Assembly: GCF_001194135.2 (NCBI RefSeq)
Contig: NC_068982.1
Span: 93,175,492 to 93,239,491 of the forward strand
Source: Octopus bimaculoides
Lineage: Eukaryota
Direction: 5' to 3'
DNA length: 64,000 nt
Positions within the stretch are counted from its first letter, which is position 1. Each line of letters starts with the position of its first letter. The position numbers and the translations under genes are program-made. Below, one piece after another: positions 1 to 11,068 of the stretch. The notes under the pieces are model-generated. The model saw only the letters and a program-made list of their open reading frames with translations, searched no databases and was not told the DNA's origin.

Positions 1-1077
1 TCTCATTCATGTTCTTAAATTAAGTCAAAAACAACTGAATCATTTTGTTCGGAAATTGAAACTTTCCAAGAATGATGCTTACCTGGCTGGAACAGTGCTC
101 AGAGAATTTGTGCCTTAACCCAAGGAATCAAAACAACAGTATTCAAGCAGAGAGAAGAAATTTGTAGATGTTTTCGACACACATGATGAACTGGGATTGG
201 TTTATTGTAAGAACATTACTGACTTGATGATGGCACTGGTAATTTCTTCTGATGTCTAGACAGATTGATGGTAGTGTTTCTAGCTTAGATGTAGTCCTTC
301 ATGTTGAGAATGGATACTCAAGGATTCCAGTGAGTTATTCTACGAAAGCAACGATTCATACAACACAATCAAGATGTTACTTTCTTTGATCAGGTTTGAT
401 GATTTCAAGTGGAAAGCTGGAGGTGACTTGAAGATCATAGGTTTTTTTTTTTTTAAACTGGAATGCAAAAGGGTTACATGGCGTTTTGCTGCTTTTTGTG
501 CCTGTGGGACGACAGTCGGCAGGATTGGCCAGCACGTCATGAATGGAGACCAGGGAATAAAATCGTTCAATAAGTACCGCTGGTTTCACCTGAGCTAATT
601 GTGTTACCATCACTACATATTAAACTTATAATCTTTGATGGGCAACCAGTCAAGTGGTTGAAAGATATCTTTGCTCGATTAAACGAAGTAAAAATTAAAG
701 AAGGCCTGCTATTTGGACTGGGTACTCGCAAACAGATGAAGCATCAGATGTTCAGAGATTAATTGAATGAAGTTGATTGATGAATTTTTGATGCCGTGTT
801 AAAGACAGTTAAAAACTTTCTAGGGAAGAACCGGAGCCCTAATTACAAGGCAATCATAACTGACCTATTGAATTCGTTCAGTGCACAGGGTGTCAAAATG
901 TCCCTGAAGCTTCACTTTTTAAAGATTTACTTAGATTTTTTTTCCTTGGATTCGAACAAGATCAGTGATGAGCAAGATGAAAGTTTTCATCAAATGATCA
1001 CTAGTAATGAAACAAGGTGCCAAGGGCGAGTCGATCCTTGCTTGGTGGCAAACTTCTGCTGGCTTCACTCTTCTTGA
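1..1077 (+). mobile_element. Decayed Chapaev3-like (CMC superfamily) DNA transposase, C-terminal part
   Basis: ORF 796-1077 (VKNFLGKNRSPNY...GVKMSLKLHFL..YLDFF...ISDEQDESFHQ...RCQGR...ANFCW) matches the recalled Chapaev3 C-terminal motif (KNFLGN...MSLKIHFLHSHLDFFP...SDEQGERFHQ...RYQGRW...ADYCW). Frameshifted upstream pieces read WKAGGDLKIIG and QKGYMAFCCFLCLWD. Family assignment is from memory. Confidence 0.7.
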
Positions 1078-1147
1078 ATTCCATACTTCTGATCTTGACA
1101 GTGACATCAATGCTGTAACTTCTTTGCAGTAATTTTTTTCTTAGTGC

Positions 1148-1197
1148 ATATTGTGAACATGTCTTTAATTAATAAATTAAAGACATGTTCACAATAT
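1148..1197. repeat. Perfect 23-bp inverted repeat with 4-nt loop
   Basis: atattgtgaacatgtctttaatt (1148-1170) - aata - aattaaagacatgttcacaatat (1175-1197). Confidence 0.95.
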
Positions 1198-2942
1198 AAG
1201 ACATTTTTGCTGTAAATGTAGCGTATGTGGAATATCTTGTAGATCAAAACATAGACGTGATGTGAATACAAATTTGAGGTAGAATATAATTCAGCGTGGA
1301 ATACAAAATAAGTTAAGGTGAGTTTACATTAATGTGTTTGTGGGAATGTATATAGTTATTTTCGTGCTTTACAAAGTTAATTAGGTTATGTGTCGTAGAA
1401 ATAATATACATACATATTTTCTTGTTTTTTTTTAATTATTTTTTAAAAATCAATGGAATAATGTGTTGTAGAGTTAAATGTGTGTAAGCAGATAACTGGC
1501 CATCAGTCAAAATAAAAATCAGAAATTACTCTGTCGAGCTCAGACCAAGATTAACGCCCAGTTAAAAGACAGCGGGGAAAGAAAAAGGGCCAAAATAAAG
1601 AGCTTACCATGGATATCAGTAAGAAAGCCAGAGGTAGACTGCAGTTTTATTTCTGTTTAGGTAATAAACGGTAACTCACAGACTACTAGTTTTTGATTGG
1701 CTAAAATCTCCAGTTGGTTAAAATTTCTGATTGACTAAAAAACACAGGTAATGAAACCGTGAAAGCAATATGTCAGTCGTAGAATGGAATCGCTATAGAT
1801 ATCACTTCTGCTTAAAATAATGAAGACTATGTGTATCTTGGCGAAAGGGAAACTACATCTAATATAAATAAAATATATAAATTAACTAAACTAAATTCAA
1901 ACCCAAGAATTCATCGGCGTGTAGAATTAGGAATAACCAAGGAATGAAGGTAAAATATTAAGAAAGGTATAGCTTATATCAGTGTGAATGTGTGTTGCTT
2001 TTTCACCCCTTGACAAAAATGAATGCAAATTTGGTTCGGTATTTAAGAAGTTGCACCCACGTAGTTCCTAGCTTGATTTTACAGCACGGTCCTTCGAGAA
2101 AGGGCTTTCTACCATAGCTTCGTGTTAACCGATATTTTGAGAGTGAAATTTGATAGATTGAATCAGTGCCGAAACTTAGCGTGCGTGCGTGCGCGCGCGC
2201 GTGTGTGCGTGCGTGCGTGCGTGCATGCGAGCTAGCGAGCGTGCGTGCACACGCATTCCGGATATTCTCAATTAAAAAGAAAACAGGAAAAATATGGCTC
2301 AATTAAGTAGTCGATGCATAGTAAAGACGTAGAGTTTGTATCTTCATGATTATTTTAATCTTTCCTATAAATGTATTTTTGACTTAATATTTGACTTCTT
2401 CTTTTTATCACATGACTAGAACTGATTAAAAAAAGTAGAAACAAAGTTCCATCTTGAAGTTTATTTAACAAAACGATATGTACTACAAGTTGAACTTCAG
2501 AAAAGTCTGGCAAAATTCTATTCCTCTGCTTACCGATTGTATTTGTAAATTGCGTATTTATTAGCTGGTGACTTCTTAACTAAGTGCACCAATAATTCTC
2601 AGTATAAGCGGGAATTTATTATCAAGGTAGAGAATCTGCAGGTTTCGAAGCAGTGGCTCATTGAATACCTTCCATCGCAGAGACTTTAAATGAAAATGTT
2701 CACATTTACAGGGCAATTGACCCCTATGATTTTTATATGATTATTTTTTTTTTTTTTTGTTCTGTCCCACATACCTATATTAGGGCTATTATGTCTGCAT
2801 TAAACAGAAGTCTTGATGGAAATGTTTTCCCGATATTACTCACGCTGATATCCATGAATTCATTAAGAAGGATATTGCCTATATTTATCCAAGAGCAGAC
2901 TAGCCTCTTAAAAGTGTCAAGATATTACTTCCCATTACGGTT

Positions 2943-3079
2943 ACACAGTATCAAATGCTATCTGTACAGATAGCATTTGATACTATGTTAGCTACATTGA
3001 ACTGTTATCTTGGTACTTCACACAATATCAAATGTTATCTGCACAGATAACATTTGATACTGTGTTAGCAACATTGAAC
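2943..3079. repeat. Two tandem copies (about 77-bp period) of a palindromic unit
   Basis: Copy 1 has a perfect 38-bp palindrome agtatcaaatgctatctgtacagatagcatttgatact (2947-2984). Copy 2 has atcaaatgttatctg-ca-cagataacatttgat. Confidence 0.9.
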
Positions 3080-3125
3080 CGTAATGGAAAGTAATACCTT
3101 GACACTTTTGCGTAGCTGCTGATTA

Positions 3126-3954
3126 CAGTAATCCCTCGACTATCGTACGTATTACATTTCAAAACCCACCGCGTTAGGTGAAAATCCGCGAGGTAGAAAC
3201 AGTACTGTACTGTATATTTTTTTCAAGCTTTTATAAACTCTCCGCACACTCTTAGGAGTACTCGTAACTTCACTTTTTTTGCCGGTGAGGAACATAGTGA
3301 TGGACACTTGCTGGTGCTGTCTTTTCTTCTGTGTAAGGGTTTTTATATAAACTTCCGTGGCTCTGTCGATTGCAACGCGCAAATCATCTGGGGATCCCAA
3401 TCTTCCACCATTCTCTGAAGTTCTTTTGGCGGCCTACATCTGCATACCTTCTCCCTTCCTTAAGCATGTCGAGGAGTCTCACCTTCTCTGCTATAGTAAG
3501 CATCTTCCTCTGGCACTTGGGTTCACTGCCAGAAGCCTTAGAAGGTCCAGAACGTTTGGGCGATATTGTAGGGCTTAAAATAAAATCACAATCTCACACA
3601 CAAAGGTAAAACAACACCACACACTCGCCCTCCCTGTTTTCCATACGGTATGTGCGGTTTCTTGTTTACTCATCTATGGTACACTACGTATTTTCTTTTA
3701 ATATATTTTATTTGACGTATTATACAGTGCAGTACTGTACTGTATTTTTATTTATTAATTTATTAATTTTTAGGTGTGAAAATGCTCATTTTACCGCAGA
3801 AGTAATTAAAATCTAAAAAAATATAAACACCTATCGGCCGAAGAAACTCGCGATATACTGAGGAGTCCGCGATATAAATTTACATGTTAGCCAGAAAAAT
3901 CTGCGATGTATTGAGAGCGCGATAGGTGAACCGCGATATAGCGACTGATTACCG
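3126..3954 (-). mobile_element. Internally deleted Tigger/pogo-like DNA transposon
   Basis: Imperfect TIRs (cagtaatccctcgactatcg ... cgatatagcgactgattaccg) flanked by TA. Minus strand encodes a transposase N-terminus (SPKRSGPSKASGSEPKCQRKMLTIAEKVRLLDMLKEGR) joined to a C-terminus (RVAIDRATEVYIKTLTQKKRQHQQVSITMFL). Confidence 0.85.
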
Positions 3955-4200
3955 TATATGTGCTATATTTTACACATAACGTGCATTTTAGGTCATATTC
4001 TAGAAGGTTTAAAGGTTTCATTGTCTTTTATGATCTCTTTTAATCATTATATATTTCGTAGTTATTTCCTAGTCTTGAATTCTACGAGCATGACCTTACA
4101 ATGTAATATAGTGTGACGGTCACGAGCCCAAGGGAAGCTGCACTTCAGTACTAGCACCATCAAGTTTACGTGAAACATATCTACGCATAAAACAATATTC

Positions 4201-4403
4201 TTTTCAACTCTAGACACAAGGCTAGAAATTTTGGGGGAGGGGGCCAGTCGATTAGATCACTCCCAGTACTCAACTGGTACTTAAATTATCGACTCCGAGA
4301 GGCAAAGTGGATCTCGGCGGAATTTGAACTCAGAACGTAAAGACAGACGAAATACCGCTATGCATTTCGCCCGGTGTGCTAACGTTTCTGCCAGCTCGCC
4401 ACC
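4201..4403 (-). mobile_element. tRNA-derived SINE, family A
   Basis: Head ggcgagctggcagaaacgttagc, B-box gagttcaaattcc, core gtcgataatttaagtaccagttg...gtcgatctaatcgact. Many homologous copies in this window. Confidence 0.85.
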
Positions 4404-4730
4404 TTCAAACTATATTGTGGTGTGCTGGATTTTTTTCTCTTCCAGGTCTTTGTTGGGGCATGCATGTATTTATCATGTAGGTATTTATCGTACATATTAT
4501 GTCGTTTTACACACGCATACACACATACACATATGCATACATACTAGCGTACATACATGTATATACATAATAACATACATACATGCATACATATATATAT
4601 ATAAAAGAAGAAAAAGAAAATGGAGATTGGGAAGTTAATAATTGTTTATTACTAACAGCAAATTAATCATCTTTACTTACAACTGTTTCAATTAATTCTC
4701 CGTAAATATTAAGTAAATATTAAATTTATA

Positions 4731-4941
4731 TACATTATTTACATTTGACGGATATTTGTCCTCATTTTGTTTGTTGTTAACATAACGTTGATATACCCTC
4801 CAGCCTTCATCAGGGTTCTCATTCCTAAGGTATTTTTTCGATGTTATTATTATTATTATTATTATTCAGGTCACTGCTTGGAATCGAACTCGGAATCTTG
4901 GGGTTAGTAACCCGCGCTCTTAACCACTACGCCATATGCCC

Positions 4942-4994
<53 letters not shown>

Positions 4995-5140
4995 TAATAA
5001 TATCAAAAAATACCTTAGGAATGAGAACCCAGGTTCGAAATTTTCCCAAGACACCTGATAAAAGCTGGAGGGTATATCAGCCGAAACGTTGTGTTAACAG
5101 CAAACAAAATGAGGACAAATATCCGTCAAACGTAAATAAT
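4731..5140. mobile_element. Palindromic tRNA-head/hammerhead-tail element, locus 1 (decayed; right end runs into gap)
   Basis: Left arm (minus, 4731-4938) = tRNA-like head + (AAT)n + tail. Right arm (plus, about 4940-5140) = (AAT)n + tail without head. Homologous to 7028-7553. Confidence 0.85.
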
Positions 5141-6474
5141 NNNNNNNNNNNNNNNNNNNNNNNNNNNNNNNNNNNNNNNNNNNNNNNNNNNNNNNNNNNN
5201 NNNNNNNNNNNNNNNNNNNNNNNNNNNNNNNNNNNNNNNNNNNNNNNNNNNNNNNNNNNNNNNNNNNNNNNNNNNNNNNNNNNNNNNNNNNNNNNNNNNN
5301 NNNNNNNNNNNNNNNNNNNNNNNNNNNNNNNNNNNNNNNNNNNNNNNNNNNNNNNNNNNNNNNNNNNNNNNNNNNNNNNNNNNNNNNNNNNNNNNNNNNN
5401 NNNNNNNNNNNNNNNNNNNNNNNNNNNNNNNNNNNNNNNNNNNNNNNNNNNNNNNNNNNNNNNNNNNNNNNNNNNNNNNNNNNNNNNNNNNNNNNNNNNN
5501 NNNNNNNNNNNNNNNNNNNNNNNNNNNNNNNNNNNNNNNNNNNNNNNNNNNNNNNNNNNNNNNNNNNNNNNNNNNNNNNNNNNNNNNNNNNNNNNNNNNN
5601 NNNNNNNNNNNNNNNNNNNNNNNNNNNNNNNNNNNNNNNNNNNNNNNNNNNNNNNNNNNNNNNNNNNNNNNNNNNNNNNNNNNNNNNNNNNNNNNNNNNN
5701 NNNNNNNNNNNNNNNNNNNNNNNNNNNNNNNNNNNNNNNNNNNNNNNNNNNNNNNNNNNNNNNNNNNNNNNNNNNNNNNNNNNNNNNNNNNNNNNNNNNN
5801 NNNNNNNNNNNNNNNNNNNNNNNNNNNNNNNNNNNNNNNNNNNNNNNNNNNNNNNNNNNNNNNNNNNNNNNNNNNNNNNNNNNNNNNNNNNNNNNNNNNN
5901 NNNNNNNNNNNNNNNNNNNNNNNNNNNNNNNNNNNNNNNNNNNNNNNNNNNNNNNNNNNNNNNNNNNNNNNNNNNNNNNNNNNNNNNNNNNNNNATACAT
6001 ATATGTATATATATATATAATACAATTTGAGAAAAAAGCTTTCCTATTATTTCATTTTATTTTATTACATATTATTTTATTTATTTATTTATTTATTTAT
6101 TACTATAAAACACGAAAATAACAGTAAATGAAAGAATGAGCAAAGTTTTGCCCTCAAAACATTCTTAATTTGCATAGCAATTTGGTTCTACAACAAACAA
6201 AATTGCACTCCTGTCATAAGCAATGACCCTCATCCCATAGCAGACAGCCTATTCTCCGTACAAACAGAAAGACAACACCAATCAAACTCCAAACACATTT
6301 TCTGCCCACATTCTTTGCATAGTCTACACAGTATCATGTATCTAGGCGGAATGCCACCAATGTGGTACCCACAAATGCTTACAAAGAGAGAAAAATGATC
6401 AACTTTATTTTTGAAAACCATAACAAACTCTATAGTTGTCTTTACAAACATTTCAGTGTTACAGCTTACCTCTG

Positions 6475-6570
6475 CCTTCTTCTTCTTCTTCTTCTTCTTC
6501 TTCTTCTTCTTCTTCTTCTTCTTCTTCTTCTTCTTCTTCTTCTTCTTCTTCTTCTTCTTCTTCTTCTTCT
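6475..6570. repeat. (TTC)n microsatellite
   Basis: Pure ttc run. Confidence 0.95.
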
Positions 6571-7115
6571 CAAGAAGAAACTGTAGAACATTTCATATTA
6601 TTTAATCCCGTCCCTTGATATTCAAATTTCAAACCACGCCGGGGGTCAGTTTGGCTTTTCATTCCTCGGGCCTTGTATATAATAAGAGGCATGCATTATG
6701 ATCGATCCAGTTCTTTCTCGCCAGCAGTATTGTCCTGGACCCACAAACTACTAAACACTGACTCACTACAACCCAGTAGCTCAGCCCACATAACTGTATA
6801 CTTGAACTAGATAGTGTGACACATCATGGTCATAAATCACTGTGGCGCTGTATAATACATGTCATTCATTAGCTTGTAATCTTGTTGAGTTACCACCTTT
6901 AATGAGCATAGCGGAGAAAGGAGGAGAAAGAGAGGAGAAAGATGGTGAGCGAGAGAGTAATATGACTTGTTCATTGTAGGTTTCTAAATAAACAGAAATA
7001 CTTAATAAAATCAACATGTATCATCTTACTGTTCTATATTTAAGAGATGAGGAATTAAGTACAATATTTACATTATTTACATTTGACATATATTTGTCCT
7101 CATCTTGTTTGTGTT

Positions 7116-7161
7116 AACACAACGTTTCGGCCGATATACACTCCAGCCTTCATCAGGTGTC
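7116..7161 (-). ncRNA. Minimal type I hammerhead ribozyme motif (left arm)
   Basis: Minus strand reads GACAC-CTGATGA-A-GGCTG-gagtgtatat-CGGCC-GAAAC-GT-T-GTGTT. Stem I GACAC/GUGUU, stem II GGCUG/CGGCC, palindromic AACGUU in place of stem III. Confidence 0.65.
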
Positions 7162-7305
7162 TTGGGGAAATTTCGAACCTGGGTTCTCATTCCTAAGATA
7201 TTTTTCGGTGTTGTTGTTGTTGTTGTTGTTGTTATTCAGGTCACTGCCTGGAATCGAACTCGGAATCTTAGGGTTAGTTGCCCACGCTCTTAACCACAAT
7301 GCCAT

Positions 7306-7380
7306 GGGCATACGGCGTAGTGGTTAAGAGCGCGGGCTACTTACCCCAAGATTCCGAGTTCGATTCCAGGCAGTAACCTG
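7306..7380 (+). other. tRNA-derived Pol III head, tRNA-Arg(ACG)-like; not a functional tRNA gene
   Basis: gggcatacggcgtagtggttaagagcgcgggctacttaccccaagattccgagttcgattccaggcag. A-box (Y)GGCGTAGTGG, B-box GAGTTCGATTCC. Resembles the recalled eukaryotic tRNA-Arg-ACG (AAGATTCC..GTTCGA.TCC.GGC). Acceptor stem does not pair. Confidence 0.75.
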
Positions 7381-7449
7381 AATAATAATAATAATAATAA
7401 CATCGAAAAATACCTTAGGAATGAGAACCCAGGTTCGAAGTTTCCCAAA

Positions 7450-7495
7450 GACACCTGATGAAGGCTGGAGTGTATATCAGCCGAAACGTTGTGTT
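7450..7495 (+). ncRNA. Minimal type I hammerhead ribozyme motif (right arm)
   Basis: GACAC(7450-54) CTGATGA(7455-61) A GGCTG(7463-67) loop CAGCC(7478-82) GAAAC(7483-87) GT T GTGTT(7491-95). Confidence 0.7.
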
Positions 7496-7750
7496 AACAA
7501 CAAACAAGATGGGGACAAATATCCGTCAAATGTAAATAATGTAAATAATGTATCATCTTACTGTTTCTTTTGCCTCTTCATTGATTGTATGTTCTTTTAG
7601 TTTTTTTTTTTAGTTTATATTTGCATGTGTTTACTTTATGCGTATTTCAGTATCATGTATACCTGTCATGTATTCGTGTACATCATTAATATATAAGTGC
7701 ATGTGGATGTATGTATTCATATATAAGTTTATATGTACATTCATGCATTC

Positions 7751-7795
<45 letters not shown>

Positions 7796-8847
7796 AGCGT
7801 CTGTCTCCCAAACTCCAAAGCTGAGTAATGTTTTCATGTTTGGATTGTAAACTAAGATAAGAATAACACTGGTCAACAAAGATATTTGTCCCAAGGAAAA
7901 GAATACCTGTATCCTATGCGTTTTTGCATGCAGAATTCAAGAATAATGTCAAATTATCTGTATTTCCCACGGTTTCTCTGCTCCACGATATTCCTGTCAG
8001 TTCCATTTACGTGGACTAAATTTCAGTTAAGCTGTTGAAATGTGAAGCTAACGGTTTAAGAAATACACCTAATTTAAATTTTTATGGACATAATTAACCT
8101 AGTGAAATCATAAATCCAGCTAATGAGTCCCCAAAATATATGAAATGAAAAATATGTAAAAATACTAACATACAGAAAATGCACAGAAAAATACTAACAC
8201 ACAGAAGCATAGAGAAATATGTAATATTCTAACGCAGAAAATTTAAAACAAAACTCGCAGGTGAAAAGAATCTCGTGATGTGAAGAATCAAGAGTGAAAA
8301 ATCAACAAGACAACAGCGGCACAGTGAATCACAACACAACGTGCGGTTGTCATGGTAATAAGTTGCTAATGCCACTCTGCCTGATGATTGGCTAAAATTA
8401 CCCAAATTTTCCAACTTTAATTCCAAATAACATCAGGTTCTTTAATTTACGAGATAAAGTAATTGGTTGATCGATACACGAAAATTGAAAGCAATCTGAG
8501 CAAAATTTACGAATGAAAAAGACTAGATCCGATGAACTACCCCATGCTGCCTGTAACTTAAAAGATATTGAAAGTCTTCATCGGAGACTGCTATTTCATG
8601 TTACGATTAGATGCAGGAGTAGTGAGAGTGAAGGAGAAAGAGAAGGAGTTAATGAGAGAGAGAGAGAAAAGAATATAAGAGAAGAAAGAAAAATAGCGAA
8701 GAATGTAGGAAATGGAATCACAAACGTTGAACAGCGGTCAAAGAGAGACACTCGACGAGAAAGCTAGCAAGTTAGCTTTATACAGTGATTACACGTAAAA
8801 GAGGATGTTGTGTTCACAGTGGATCCAAGGTATGCTTCCAATGGTTC

Positions 8848-9240
8848 TGTAGTGACCCCTGGCGGTCAAGCAGGAAAGCAAAACGAAAAAGGGATCTAAC
8901 GAGAGCAATCTCCCTCAAACTTTTCAAAACTTCTCGAACATTCTAGAAGCTTCCAATTAACTTCCGGATGGAAGTTAGGGACTTCCGTTTCATCCCTTAT
9001 ATAAAGGAACACATTTCTAATTTCGCGCCCCACTTGTCTGTCGGTTCCTAGACATGCATTGAATCACGCCGCTCGCATACACAACCGCACGCGCGGATGA
9101 TCGCCTCATTTGCTTTGAGACATCTGGTTGCAAAATATGTTCATGTGATGTTACAAGCTTTTCCTTCAATTACCCTTATGTGTTAACGCATTACATCCAG
9201 TAATAAATATGTTATGACTTATTACGAACGTTTTACAAAT
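8848..9240 (+). mobile_element. Possible solo-LTR-like segment
   Basis: Starts TGTAGTG, locally GC-richer, TATA-like ttatataaagg near 8997, possible ...TTTACA end. No convincing TSD. Confidence 0.3.
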
Positions 9241-10112
9241 TCTTATTTTCTTGTCGTTTACGTACAAGATAGTGACCCCTCTTTCACGCATGCAATTATA
9301 AAAATTATTAGATGTCACTTACTGACATCACTATAATTCGTTATCGATATGCAAGTCAAGAGATCCACTGCATTATCAGTGTTTTCTGGGCGAAGAAAGA
9401 TACAGTTGATTAGCTTTATATGACATTTGATAGTTATGATTACGCTGAGGATGATATCAATTTGGAACTATACACAAACCACTAACACGTTACTTTGAAG
9501 AGTTAACACTTTCAGAAAATAAATCACCACCATTCCACAACGATTAACAAATACGAAATGATAGCACAAAGAAACAGATTACCAACTTTTGTACATACAA
9601 TTCACCCACTCACCGACAACATTTAAACAGTAAGCAAACTTGGAGCAAGGTAATCTTTGACAAAGCTGTAGCGTTCAATGGAAAGGCACCAAAATACAAC
9701 CAATAATGTGGATGATTAGTAAGAATACGTTCAATGATAATCAAATCATTTTGAAAAGTATAACTCGCGCATTTAACGTTGATTTAAAACGAACGTAGTA
9801 TGAGAATAGCTCTATACAGTTCATGAATATCACTGTTGATGATCCTCGGTGATGATCCTCGAAATGAAGGATGGGTCATCAGTGGAACGCTGACGGAAGA
9901 TTTTGACTGACTTCGACGCGATGTTCTTTCTGCTCAGTGGTCAGCAGATGGAGGCAAAACTTGGCAAAGAGAAGCCGCATGTTCAATTCAGGCGTTAGGA
10001 TTGATGTACGGACCCATGCGACAGACCAACAACATCAGCAATGTCGTCGATTGTCCCTCCACGATCCTCGTTCACAAGTTCAGTTCGGTTTTAGCAGCTA
10101 TTTTTTAAAAAA

Positions 10113-10591
10113 CTATGATGGAAGTGGCAAAGGAGCATATTCAGCATATTTTGCTTTCTGAGTTCAATAAAGCCAACAGCGCAACGGAAAGTGCAAGAAA
10201 TATTAATGCAGTATATGGGGATCGGACAATAAGCGCAAGCCTGTGTCAACGGTCGTTCCAGAAATTCCAAGCCGGAAACTACAGCCTAGAAGACGAGCCT
10301 CATCCTGGAAGATCTGTAGAGCTCGACGAGGACGCCTCGCAAACCCTTGTGGAACAAAATCCCATCGTGACTGTTGAGGAACTAGCAGAGAAGCTTGGAT
10401 TTGGTCATTCAATCATTCATCGACACCAGCGCTAGAAGAAAAACGACAATCTTTAGTTTCAAGACGAATGGTGTTCTTCCATCAGGATAATGCTCGGCCA
10501 CATACAGCGAGGATGGCATTCCAAAGGCTGGAGCAGTTTGAATAGGAAACGATGCCCCCAACCACCATGTTTGCCGGACATTTCCCCATCT
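10113..10591 (+). mobile_element. Mariner transposase relic with internal deletion
   Basis: N-terminal HTH (KEHIQHILLSEFNK...ATESARNINAVYGD...SLEDEPHPGRS...TVEELAEKLG) joined directly to LEEKRQSLVSRRMVFFHQDNARPH (second catalytic D). Ends at a gap. Confidence 0.9.
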
Positions 10592-10923
10592 NNNNNNNNN
10601 NNNNNNNNNNNNNNNNNNNNNNNNNNNNNNNNNNNNNNNNNNNNNNNNNNNNNNNNNNNNNNNNNNNNNNNNNNNNNNNNNNNNNNNNNNNNNNNNNNNN
10701 NNNNNNNNNNNNNNNNNNNNNNNNNNNNNNNNNNNNNNNNNNNNNNNNNNNNNNNNNNNNNNNNNNNNNNNNNNNNNNNNNNNNNNNNNNNNNNNNNNNN
10801 NNNNNNNNNNNNNNNNNNNNNNNNNNNNNNNNNNNNNNNNNNNNNNNNNNNNNNNNNNNNNNNNNNNNNNNNNNNNNNNNNNNNNNNNNNNNNNNNNNNN
10901 NNNNNNNNNNNNNNNNNNNNNNN

Positions 10924-10982
<59 letters not shown>

Positions 10983-11024
10983 CTAGATAGATAGTAGATA
11001 GATAGATAGATAGTAGATAGATAG

Positions 11025-11068
<44 letters not shown>
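10924..11068. repeat. (GATA)n microsatellite
   Basis: tagatagata run next to a gap. Confidence 0.95.

Larger units (their letters stand above)
7028..7553. mobile_element. Head-to-head palindromic element, locus 2: tRNA-like head + short trinucleotide tract + Penelope-type hammerhead tail on each arm
   Basis: Arms 7028-7305 (minus) and 7306-7553 (plus) are near reverse complements. An 18-bp direct repeat atgtatcatcttactgtt sits at 7016-7033 and 7548-7565. Confidence 0.9.

Noticed and set aside
7306-7380. Functional tRNA gene
   Set aside because: The acceptor stem does not pair, and the sequence is embedded in a repeated element; treated as a SINE-type head.
9870-9890. CTGATGA on the minus strand
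   Set aside because: No stem II followed by GAAA; not a hammerhead.
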